Below are positions 20,383 through 28,932 of a stretch of DNA of 64,000 nucleotides, piece by piece. Positions within the stretch are counted from its first letter, which is position 1. Every line of letters starts with the position of its first letter. The stretch spans positions 256,001 through 320,000 of the forward strand of contig JBEKIW010000001.1 in assembly GCA_050011565.1 (NCBI GenBank), read 5' to 3'. Source of the stretch: Dehalococcoidia bacterium. GTDB lineage: Bacteria > Chloroflexota > Dehalococcoidia > GIF9 > UBA5629. Both the position numbers and the translations under genes were made by a program. The notes below the pieces were generated by a model. The model had not been told where the DNA came from and did not search any database. It saw only the letters and a list, made by a program, of their open reading frames with translations.

Positions 20383-21831
20383 TTAGCTTCGGCAGCTTTC
20401 AGTAGATTTATCAGTGGGTATGGCTGCAGATGCAGGTGCCGTCTTTTTGCGGTCTTTAAACCATCTCCAGCCCAAGATCGACCATATGGCTAGCACCAGG
20501 ACTGTAATTCCACCTATAAGCCACCAGTTGACTACAGATGGCACGGATGCTTTGATTACCTCAAATTCACCAACAAGACCGGCAACTTCTACCTGATGTT
20601 TGCCGGCAGTGTCACCGGTGGTGGTGAAATTCACTACTTGACTTTTCCCAGCGGCAACGGTTACCTGTGTGGTTGATTTCACTGCGCCATCGATTTTTAG
20701 CTCCAGACTATAATCTCCGTTTTTCCCACCGGTATTAGCCACGTTAACGCTAACTGTAATTTCCTGGTTTAGCTGAGTCTGGGTTGGGCTGACGGTCAGG
20801 TTGCTCACCTCAAATTTAGCTGGCGCTGCCTCTTCGAACTTGGCTAAGACTGCGAAAAGGGAGAAGTGGTTTAACAGGCCGTGTGCTTTACCGATTTCGG
20901 CGACGGCACCAGGTACTGGTGTCAGCGGCAGCCAGCCTTTTGTTGAGTCGTAGTCGTCGATGAACACCTCCGTAGTCTTTTCAGGTAATTTACTGGGGTC
21001 ATAACTCAAAATCAATCTGGCTGATGGCGATATGGCTATGGGCGATGGTGTCGTCTCGGAGGCTGAGGCATAAGCTGCGAACTCGTAGACCGGGCCTACT
21101 ATCATGGTATTTTCATCAGTTGGCAGTGAGTTGGATGCGATTTTGACTTTCAGTAGCAACGGTACTATATTGCCGGCAAGCATTACCTTGGTATCTTTAT
21201 CGAGTTCAAGTGTATTTTTACCAGAACTATCCTTGGCCAGGCACGCCTCACAGAGTACGCCGTCCTTAGTCATACTGGCGGTGGTTATGTTGCCCTGCAC
21301 GTCTGCGGTAAGTGTTAACGGGCAAGCATAGAATGATGCCGATAAGCCACCTGCGCTGCTACCCTGGCCACCACCGCCACCTCCTCCCCCTCCTGAGTAA
21401 CACAATGTTGTTCCCTGAGGGGTGTTGGAAAGCGGTGTCCACGTCCCAGTGGCGTCAGCCGCCTTGATAGCAAAGTAGTACGTGGTACATGGATTTAGCC
21501 CAATGACTAGGAGTGTCTCAGGGGAGCCAGGCGGTTGGGGTGTTGGTGGAGTTGCCAGTTGGATGGCTGCCTGCCACTCAGCCTCAGTAGTGATAGGAGA
21601 TAGAGAGTAGCGAATATCGTATTGAGTCGCCGGTCCCCAGCCGGGGGTAAGCTGTGGTGAATTCCAGGTCAAGGTCAGGCTGGTGTAGGTAGGGTCACCC
21701 ACCGCCAGGGTAATAGTATTACCGCCGACGGTGAAGCTGCCGGTTATGGAATTATCGGCGTAAGCCTGTGCCGGCGCGAGGCACAACAGCAGGCTCAGTA
21801 ATATAATATATTTCAGTATGGATTTGTTCAT
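20383..21831 (-). CDS. Secreted Fn3-domain protein with shared anchor module, CARDB-like domain and C-terminal TM
   Basis: Signal peptide ending AYA; Fn3 pattern (LTLTW...YDIRYS...GLNPCTTYYFAIKA); poly-Gly linker; NWW-TM-basic tail. Confidence 0.8.
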   Translation of the reverse strand: MNKSILKYIILLSLLLCLAPAQAYADNSITGSFTVGGNTITLAVGDPTYTSLTLTWNSPQLTPGWGPATQYDIRYSLSPITTEAEWQAAIQLATPPTPQPPGSPETLLVIGLNPCTTYYFAIKAADATGTWTPLSNTPQGTTLCYSGGGGGGGGGQGSSAGGLSASFYACPLTLTADVQGNITTASMTKDGVLCEACLAKDSSGKNTLELDKDTKVMLAGNIVPLLLKVKIASNSLPTDENTMIVGPVYEFAAYASASETTPSPIAISPSARLILSYDPSKLPEKTTEVFIDDYDSTKGWLPLTPVPGAVAEIGKAHGLLNHFSLFAVLAKFEEAAPAKFEVSNLTVSPTQTQLNQEITVSVNVANTGGKNGDYSLELKIDGAVKSTTQVTVAAGKSQVVNFTTTGDTAGKHQVEVAGLVGEFEVIKASVPSVVNWWLIGGITVLVLAIWSILGWRWFKDRKKTAPASAAIPTDKSTESCRS

Positions 21832-21843
21832 ATATGCCCACAG

Positions 21844-22983
21844 TTAGTAGTATGTCCTTCTCCGCATCATCAGTATGATGATTATCAGCACCAGTATCAC
21901 CACCCCGCCACCTATAGCCCCGATGAGAAGCCAGTTAATGTTACCGGCAGTCGCTGAAGACCCGCCCGTGCCCAGCTCCAGCTTTTCTTCTTTGCTGGAG
22001 ACATAGGGTTTACCACCAATATCAAGCTCGAGCTTAAAAGTATAGGTTGTCTTCTGCCAGCCTCCGGCTGGAATGTAATTGTAGCTTAATCCGGCCCTGC
22101 CTTTTTCTAGCGGGGCTAACGTGGCTAGCGTGGTCTCATCCAAAGGAGCGCCGCCTTCTGTTACCCTCAGTATTACTTTAGCTTCAGGGAAGGCCTCAAG
22201 CAGATTGTTTACCGTATAGACTACCTGAGCAAAAGCCAGCTCGTTGGTTTTGGTATTGTAATTAGGAACGATGCCGAAACCTTCGAAGTAAACCGTCTTG
22301 ACTTCCAATGTGATTTTTTTGGTCTCGTTGGCAGCCACGCTGAAGCTTTTATCAGCTAATTTGTTGCCGCCAACATAGGCTTCAGCCAGATAGTTACCCG
22401 GCGCTACTTTCATCTTGAGGTTTCCCGTCTCAGAATAGCCAACACTGAGATTTTGGTTGCTGGCTTGCTTATACAATTTGACCATGGCTGGTATAGCCAC
22501 GCCGTCGGGGGTGACAGAAGTCACCTCGACCGAGCCGGCTTCACCGGTGACGGTTAGCTTGGCGGTTTGCCCGGCAGCCCCCAAAAGTTTTATGCCCTCA
22601 CCTTCCTTGTAGGCTTCGGCAGTGACCTTGAGTGTATACTGACCCGGGATGGCAGCATCGCTCACATTAACGCCTATGGTCACCCTTTTCTGCTCACCAG
22701 CCTTGAGCGGGAAATCATTTTCCGAAAGCACCAGCTCTACACCGGCGGGAGTTTCCGTGGCTAATCTGATGTTGAAGTCCTCAGTGCCGTTGTTGAAGAC
22801 AGCCACATAGACGTCGGGGGCACTGAGGCTAGTACCCTGGGGTATTTCGAAATCCTGGCGGTAGAAGCTGCCTGACATCGCCAGCCCACCGGCATTTGCT
22901 GGCGGTGGTAAAAGCAGGCTGGCCATCAACAGGAGACTGAGGAGTGCAAGCCACCCAACCCCATGCTGTTTTATTGAAAGCAT
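21844..22983 (-). CDS. Secreted Ig-fold, C-terminally anchored protein (NEW3/DUF916-like; candidate assembly chaperone)
   Basis: Signal peptide from the ATG at 22983; VFNNG...LKAGEQKRVTIGVNV..AIPGQYTLKV pattern; NW-TM-RRR end. Confidence 0.65.
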   Translation of the reverse strand: MLSIKQHGVGWLALLSLLLMASLLLPPPANAGGLAMSGSFYRQDFEIPQGTSLSAPDVYVAVFNNGTEDFNIRLATETPAGVELVLSENDFPLKAGEQKRVTIGVNVSDAAIPGQYTLKVTAEAYKEGEGIKLLGAAGQTAKLTVTGEAGSVEVTSVTPDGVAIPAMVKLYKQASNQNLSVGYSETGNLKMKVAPGNYLAEAYVGGNKLADKSFSVAANETKKITLEVKTVYFEGFGIVPNYNTKTNELAFAQVVYTVNNLLEAFPEAKVILRVTEGGAPLDETTLATLAPLEKGRAGLSYNYIPAGGWQKTTYTFKLELDIGGKPYVSSKEEKLELGTGGSSATAGNINWLLIGAIGGGVVILVLIIIILMMRRRTYY

Positions 22984-23218
22984 ATCATTTCCTTTTCCGA
23001 GCGCATTTACCAGCGTTCCTTTTACAATGTAGACTCGACCCAAAATATCCCCTTAGCCTCGGGGCTCAGCGCTCTATACGCGATGTAGCCTAGAGGCTGC
23101 ATTAATTATAAAGGATAAACACGTCGAAAGTCACGGAGCTAAAGTCTGCTGGCTACGTCTCATGTGTTATTGCTCGTAGCCTGAATCATAGAGTATTATC
23201 CTATAGCTTTGACTTAAG

Positions 23219-23254
23219 GTCGTAGCGGTGAGGTTTTAGCCTCACCGCTACGAC
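23219..23254. repeat. Perfect 15-bp GTAG-type REP-like hairpin
   Basis: GTCGTAGCGGTGAGG-TTTTAG-CCTCACCGCTACGAC just 3' of the 341-aa gene; no U-run. Confidence 0.7.
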
Positions 23255-23276
23255 ACTGGTAAACGATTTAAGAACC

Positions 23277-24302
23277 CTAGCGATTAGTAATCTGGTAGTA
23301 GATGCTGCCGCTGTAAGTATCAGGTGTAATGCCGGATGCACTGAGCGATAGCCACAAGGTGTTGGTGTTGACATCATCGCCGCCTTCGGTGGTGAGGGTT
23401 CCTGTGATGTCTGTATCAGTGTAGCTCGTCTTATTTACGATAACTGCACTACCCAGGGCGTTGATGTCGTTCCCCATAAGGGCAAATTCGCCCGGGTCGG
23501 TGGGTGGATTACCGCCGCTCTCATCAAGGGCTACAGTCTCAGCACTGACGGCACCGGTCCAATTTGTTGACTTGATATTTTCCGCGTAGTTGCCGTTGGC
23601 GATGTAGTTAATCTTTATGTCGGTCTCTGGATTGGCGGCACCAGCGAATAGCAAGCCCAAGTCCACGGGGCCCCAATCTACCAATAGAGGGGGAGTTATA
23701 GTGATTTCACCGTACCAGTTCATTGCCGTATCGCGGTCATACATTTCACCCGTTTGGGCACTCTTATTGGTTACCAGACCCTGAGCATCCCAATTAGCCG
23801 TACCGGTGCTCTCGGTGGCTACCTTACCGGGGGTGAAGGCAAATATCCAGTCGCCGGTTGTGAGTTCCGGATTGGCTGGCGCTGTACACGTACCAAGCAC
23901 CCAGGTGGTGCCGCCGCCGGTGGGATTGATAGTCCAGGTTGTTCCGCTGGCATTCCAGGTTAGTATGGCGCAGGTCTGGGTATTGGGTGTGGTCGGTGCA
24001 ACCGGGTCGTTGCCGGCACTATCATAGAATAGGGTTACCTCGACCGTGTCCAGATTGCTCAGCTTATTGACGGAACCAACCGTTACCTTGACGTAGTATT
24101 CGGTTAATGGGTCCATGGAAAGGGCAGGGTTTAGGCAGGTAATGTCGGTAAAGATTCCTATTGCAGACACGGTTGGGGGTTGGCTTCTGGCACCGAAGCT
24201 TCCTGTGGTTGTTCCTCCTGTATCAGCATAAGCTGCCGGCACCAGCAGCAGCGATAGAACTGCTACTAGGGCGAGTATGGTAGATAATTTCGTTTTAAAC
24301 AT
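23277..24302 (-). CDS. Secreted 341-aa beta-rich protein with no TM anchor (candidate major fibre subunit)
   Basis: Signal peptide ending AYA; Thr/Gly-rich; ends ITPDTYSGSIYYQITNR; homologous to the C-terminal ~290 aa of 24840-28010. Confidence 0.75.
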   Translation of the reverse strand: MFKTKLSTILALVAVLSLLLVPAAYADTGGTTTGSFGARSQPPTVSAIGIFTDITCLNPALSMDPLTEYYVKVTVGSVNKLSNLDTVEVTLFYDSAGNDPVAPTTPNTQTCAILTWNASGTTWTINPTGGGTTWVLGTCTAPANPELTTGDWIFAFTPGKVATESTGTANWDAQGLVTNKSAQTGEMYDRDTAMNWYGEITITPPLLVDWGPVDLGLLFAGAANPETDIKINYIANGNYAENIKSTNWTGAVSAETVALDESGGNPPTDPGEFALMGNDINALGSAVIVNKTSYTDTDITGTLTTEGGDDVNTNTLWLSLSASGITPDTYSGSIYYQITNR

Positions 24303-24387
24303 TTTTTATGTTTAACCTCCTTTGTGTTTTTTGGATATTTTATTGCAGGTCATTTAGTAATGCTTTTTGTCATTCTGGCCTTTTACC

Positions 24388-24453
24388 CTGTCATTCTGAG
24401 GGAGCATATCGACCGAAGAATCCGGAGACTCTTCGCTTGGCTCAGAGTGACAG
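24388..24453. repeat. REP-like palindromic element (GTCATTCTGAG...CGAAGAATC...CTTCG...CTCAGAGTGAC)
   Basis: Nested inverted repeats; a related half-copy lies at positions 5-30. Confidence 0.6.
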
Positions 24454-24500
24454 ATTAATAAACCGCTTTGGTTTAAGTATTATCACCTCCTATTTTGTCT

Positions 24501-24597
24501 AAAAAGAAACCGACCATTAAAAAACGGGTCGGTTTCACTACTGGCTCCACACAGGTCAAGTGACCACATTGCGACCGGTGCTTCATCGCCCCCCCCC
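24501..24597 (-). ncRNA. c-di-GMP-II-like riboswitch copy 2 with terminator
   Basis: Same aptamer core as copy 1 (GCGAUGAAGCACCGGUC...UGGUCACUUGACCUGUGU...UAGUGAAACCGACCC) followed by GGUCGGUUUCUUUUU. Confidence 0.85.
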
Positions 24598-24636
24598 AAT
24601 CTTACGTTCTACTTAGTTATCGTATCTTACGGCTAC

Positions 24637-24665
24637 ATAATCTCATACGGCTTTGTCAATGTCAA
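24637..24665 (-). promoter_or_regulatory. Sigma70-type promoter TTGACA-17-TGnGATTAT
   Basis: Conserved with the other three riboswitch leaders. Confidence 0.65.
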
Positions 24666-24839
24666 GTATCTTAACCTATCAGGACTTCACCATAGGCAGT
24701 ACTTTTTTCCCATAAGGTTTAGTACTTTTGTAGGGTTGGCAGCAGACAATGCAATTCGATGTGATTTGATCTCGCCCAAAATGCTCATATGGTCTAAAAA
24801 GGTTGCTTCCACAATGTAATCACTTAATAGTAACTAAGA

Positions 24840-27800
24840 CTAGCGTTCGGCAATCTGGTAGTAGATATTGCCGCCATAAATTACGGGAGCAATGCCTACC
24901 TCACTGAGCGATAGCCATAGACTATTGTTGGTGATAGTAACGCCGGCTTCGGTGGTAAGGCCTCGAGTGTCATTTATGTGGTTATAGCTACTGGTGACAG
25001 TGATTGCACTACTTGGCTCGTTGATGTCATTTGCCATGAGGGCAAATTCGCCTGGATTGGTAGGTGGGTCACCTGTAGAGAGAGTTACGGTCTCACTGCC
25101 GCCGACCCAGTCTTCTGACCTGATGTCTTCATAGTAGTTGCCGTTGGCAATGTATTTAATACTTACGGCCTCTGGATTCGGGGTATCCTCGAATTTAAGA
25201 CCCAGCGGCACTTCACCCCAGTCGACTGAAGGGGTATTAACGGTAATTTCACCATACCAGTTCATGTCCTTGTTGCGGACATATCTTTCGCCTGTTTGGG
25301 TGGGGTTACGGATTGCCTTACCCTGGGCATCCCAATCTGCTACCCCGATATTCTCGGTGGCTACTTTTCCTGGTTTGAAGGCGAATATCCAGGCACCGCT
25401 GGTGGTATTCAATGGCGGCTGGAAGCACCCGCCGGTCTCTATTGTCCATGACGTAGGGGCACCGGAGGAGATAGTCCAGGTAGGTGTAGAGCCGACACCG
25501 CAGGTCAGTATGGCACAGGTCTGAGTATTGCCACTCGTCGGTGCCGTCATATCGTCGGCGCCGGTTTCATTATAGAAAAGAGTTACCTGGACTGTTTGGA
25601 GGTGTTCCAGGTTATTAGATAGAGTGACCGACAGCCTGGCGTAGTATGTGAATTGTGGAGTCATGGAATCGGCAATTGTGGTGCAGCCAGGGTCTTCATA
25701 GATTTCTAATTCAGTAACAGTTGGGATGCTAGCCGGGTTGACGGTGACGTCTACACTAGCGTTGTTCTGGCAGCCATAGGAGTTGGTGACGGTTAAGATA
25801 TATTCTCCTGCCATTGATATAGTGGCGTTGGGTATGGAAGGTGACTGCGCCAGGCTGGAGAAGCCATTTGGCCCGGTCCAGGAATATGAACTCATTCCGT
25901 TAGGTCCGCCGGTTAACAGAATGGTATTGCCCTCCTCGACGGGCGAGTTGCCCGAGGCTGAGGCTGTAGGCCTGGGATTGACGATGACATTGACTGAGTC
26001 CGAGGCGGTGCAGTGGTATTCGTAGGTTAGCTCGTAGATTACGCCTCCGGGATTGGCGGTCACGGTGCCCCCAGTCGTTTGTTCATTGGCGGCTCTTATC
26101 TCCAGTATGTTTGTGCCTATCTGAAGGGTAGGCGAATAAGACTCAACTGATTGCCAGCCTGATGAAGCGACCCAATTATCGGTTAAATCGCTGTCTTCCC
26201 ATGGTATGCCATTATAGTCTGTGAGCTGGGCTAAGCCGAGAAAGATTCCATTCATATAGGCTTCGTAGCCGTTATCACAGGTGATGCGAAGTGTGGCGTT
26301 TGTTGGAGCGGTAGCAATGTCGAAGCTGCGCTCGAAGTAGACTACGTCGCCTGCCTCAGGATGGACTACCTGATAGCTTTCCCATATCCACTGGGCAGTA
26401 TTATTGGGATAACCGAAGTTGTAGTCCAGGCCTGACCACCAGTTGGGGTGCACCCAGGCTAAAACGGCATTATGTGGTGTAGCACCATTGCCTCGGGTGA
26501 CCATAGTATTATTGTCGCTGACAACCTTGTTGCTGCACATAGCGCTATCGGTGACGGTGACAGCCACAGTGCCGGCGCCGCTGGCGATATATTCATTGCC
26601 TTGATATGAGCCTGGTGCAGTGCTGACGCTCCAGTCGTAGGTATAAGGCGGGGCGCCGCCAGCGGCATTGGCGGTTAGTGTAGTACTGCCGCCTTCGCAG
26701 AAGGCTGGGTTGCCGTTGATAGATACGGCGAGAGATGATGGCGTGGTGACGGTGACCTGGGTGCTGTTAGTGCACTGGCAGCCGCCGACAGTGACGGTTA
26801 TGCCGATGGTGACCGGGCCAGTTGAGCCAGCTCTCCAGGTAATGGAGCTGGTGCCCTGTCCTGCGGTTATGGTGCCGTTGGTTATCGACCAGGTATAGGT
26901 GGCCCCGCCTCCGGCATCTGGGACTGAGGCGGTATTACCAGTGGAGTTGGCGTAGACTGAAGAAGGTGCGGTGATGGTGCAGTCGATTGTTATAACGGTG
27001 ACCTGGGTGCTGTTAGTACACTGGCAGCCGCTGGCGGTGATGGTGATACCCAGGGTGACGTTGCCGCTGGGGCCGGCGGTATAGGTGATGGAGTTAGTAG
27101 TTCCGCCTGCGGTGATGGTGCCGTTGGATATAGTCCAGGTATAGGTAGCGCCGGTCACGGCTGTGACCGAGGCATGGTTACCGGTGGAGTTAGCGCAGAC
27201 TGAAGCTGGAGTTGGGGTGATGGTGCAGTCAGGGTTTGGTTTGATGGCGAGGGTAACGGCCCGCCAACGTTCACTACCTGTGCCGGTGAGGTCGAACGCT
27301 GCTGTACCTGTGGCTCCAATGGCCGATTGAGTTATGTCAGCGGCACCACCGCTGCTGGTACCCGACCCGCTATAGCTCTCGATGCTGAAGCGGCCTGTAT
27401 GCCCTGATGGATATCCGGCACCGGCTCCCAGATCGCCATCGGCCCCGTAGATACGGAGCACCAGTGTGTCAGCGACTGTGGTGGTGACACTTGGTGCTGT
27501 GGGGGTGTTTGAGTTACCGGTAGCGGAACCAGATACATTGATGGGATTCCCGGTGCAAAAGTTGCTATAGCGGAGAATGGCACCGACTGCCTGTTCGCTG
27601 CCGGACCACGTGATTGTGTAGGAGCTCGGCTCGGATGCTCCTGCGACCTTGTAAAACACGCCGAGTCTAATTTCATTAGACCCAGTCCCGCTGCTCCCCT
27701 CGTTGATTAGTGTCCACCCCGAAGGCGTACTGATGGCTCCGGTGCCATCCTTCGACAGAATGGCGATGAGCAGATCGCCTTGTGCAGTACCAGTCGGCTT

Positions 27801-28010
27801 GTTGATGGTCAGGCTGGTTCCGTTGGAACCGAGAGTGGCTGTAGCAAGGCTTTGGTAAGTTGGCGGGCCGGCGGCCTGAACGGTCGATACTGGCACAAGC
27901 GCTGCCATAAAGGCACTAACAATCAGTACCGCAGTAAAGATGCTCCTTGCAGCTATCACAAAGATTCTACTGCGCATGGTTATCTGTTTTGTGTTTATTA
28001 ACCTCTTCAT
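24840..28010 (-). CDS. Large secreted multidomain adhesin-like protein: N-terminal beta domain, tandem Ig/PKD-like repeats, galactose-binding-like domain and a C-terminal domain shared with the 341-aa protein
   Basis: Signal peptide; two ~82-aa DCTIT...GCQCTNSTQVTV repeats; AQWIW...CDNGYEAYMNG...NPGG lectin-like fold; ends IYGGNIYYQIAER; no TM anchor. Confidence 0.78.
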   Translation of the reverse strand: MKRLINTKQITMRSRIFVIAARSIFTAVLIVSAFMAALVPVSTVQAAGPPTYQSLATATLGSNGTSLTINKPTGTAQGDLLIAILSKDGTGAISTPSGWTLINEGSSGTGSNEIRLGVFYKVAGASEPSSYTITWSGSEQAVGAILRYSNFCTGNPINVSGSATGNSNTPTAPSVTTTVADTLVLRIYGADGDLGAGAGYPSGHTGRFSIESYSGSGTSSGGAADITQSAIGATGTAAFDLTGTGSERWRAVTLAIKPNPDCTITPTPASVCANSTGNHASVTAVTGATYTWTISNGTITAGGTTNSITYTAGPSGNVTLGITITASGCQCTNSTQVTVITIDCTITAPSSVYANSTGNTASVPDAGGGATYTWSITNGTITAGQGTSSITWRAGSTGPVTIGITVTVGGCQCTNSTQVTVTTPSSLAVSINGNPAFCEGGSTTLTANAAGGAPPYTYDWSVSTAPGSYQGNEYIASGAGTVAVTVTDSAMCSNKVVSDNNTMVTRGNGATPHNAVLAWVHPNWWSGLDYNFGYPNNTAQWIWESYQVVHPEAGDVVYFERSFDIATAPTNATLRITCDNGYEAYMNGIFLGLAQLTDYNGIPWEDSDLTDNWVASSGWQSVESYSPTLQIGTNILEIRAANEQTTGGTVTANPGGVIYELTYEYHCTASDSVNVIVNPRPTASASGNSPVEEGNTILLTGGPNGMSSYSWTGPNGFSSLAQSPSIPNATISMAGEYILTVTNSYGCQNNASVDVTVNPASIPTVTELEIYEDPGCTTIADSMTPQFTYYARLSVTLSNNLEHLQTVQVTLFYNETGADDMTAPTSGNTQTCAILTCGVGSTPTWTISSGAPTSWTIETGGCFQPPLNTTSGAWIFAFKPGKVATENIGVADWDAQGKAIRNPTQTGERYVRNKDMNWYGEITVNTPSVDWGEVPLGLKFEDTPNPEAVSIKYIANGNYYEDIRSEDWVGGSETVTLSTGDPPTNPGEFALMANDINEPSSAITVTSSYNHINDTRGLTTEAGVTITNNSLWLSLSEVGIAPVIYGGNIYYQIAER

Positions 28011-28031
28011 TTTTTCGTTTTACTGAACTAG

Positions 28032-28119
28032 AAAAACCGACCGCAAAAATGGGTCGGTTTCACTATTGGCTCGGCGCCGGCCAAGTGACCAAATTTCGGC
28101 TGGTGCTTCATCGCCCCCC
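28032..28119 (-). ncRNA. c-di-GMP-II-like riboswitch copy 3 with terminator
   Basis: Same core with a compensatory stem change (GCC/GGC instead of GUC/GAC); terminator ACCGACC/GGUCGGUUUUU. Confidence 0.85.
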
Positions 28120-28183
28120 ATTTAATATTTTTTTCGGCTGGCATATTGCCATGATTTCTGTTTACATTCTATTCAGTAACAGA

Positions 28184-28212
28184 ATAATCGCATATAGGGG
28201 AGGCACTGTCAA
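28184..28212 (-). promoter_or_regulatory. Sigma70-type promoter TTGACA-17-TGnGATTAT
   Basis: Conserved with the other leaders. Confidence 0.65.
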
Positions 28213-28300
28213 GTATCTTATCCTATCAGGACTTTACTATAAACAGGACTATGGTACTATCAGGGTTGGTACCTTTGGGTGATATAGTGGGGTGAATGAG

Positions 28301-28403
28301 GTAGCGGCAGGGGTTTTAGCTCCGGCAGGCATGGATGATTTCAGTAGTATGTAGGGGTGGGGTTTTAACCCCGCCCGCGCGACCTTAAAAGGTCGCAATT
28401 ACA
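28301..28403. repeat. GTAG-headed REP-like hairpin cluster
   Basis: GTAGCGGCAGGGGTTTTAGCTCC, GTAGGGGTGGGGTTTTAACCCCGCCC and GCGACCTT-AA-AAGGTCGC hairpins. Confidence 0.5.
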
Positions 28404-28631
28404 TGTTTTGGTCATTAGTTGTTTGTGATTTGGAGCTTGGGATTTAGTGCTTGATAAGCTGAGCTTGTACATGAAGCATCTGCTCTCATCTGCCACCAAG
28501 CACACGTGTTTAACTGTCTACAGTACTATTTTGCCACGGGATTCGGTACCTTTGCGGGATTGTGTGATGAGATTGGATAGGGTAGAGTTAGTATAGGACG
28601 ACAACAGACAACTTTAGGGAGGTTTATTAAC

Positions 28632-28859
28632 ATGGCACGTCGTAATGGGAATGGTCTGCTGACCGCAAGACAGGTAGCTCGGCTTCTCAACGTGCATGTT
28701 AACACGGTGCGGCGATGGAATGACCGGGGAATACTAAAGGCGTACCGCATAGGTCCACGAGGCGACCGGAGATTCAACAAGGCAGATATCGATATGTTTC
28801 TTGCCGGAAACGGTCAGCCCGACAATGAGACCGAGGCTGCCCTGGTACTTGTTAGTTGA
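28632..28859 (+). CDS. Small excisionase/BldC-like (HTH_17, MerR-like winged HTH) DNA-binding protein
   Basis: LLTARQVARLLNVHVNTVRRW...G.LKAYRIGPRGDRRF; GGAGG RBS. Confidence 0.85.
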   Translation: MARRNGNGLLTARQVARLLNVHVNTVRRWNDRGILKAYRIGPRGDRRFNKADIDMFLAGNGQPDNETEAALVLVS

Positions 28860-28932
28860 AGACACGAATTAGCGGAATATCTTTTTGCTTCACGCTGCGT
28901 TTAGGTACCAGATTGTAGCCAGCTCGGATTAA

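Noticed and set aside
27947-28282. 111-aa ORF on the + strand
   Set aside because: Antisense to riboswitch 3 and its promoter; most likely spurious.
28632-28859. Excisionase as evidence of a prophage or ICE
   Set aside because: No integrase, att repeats or phage genes nearby; better read as a stand-alone regulator.
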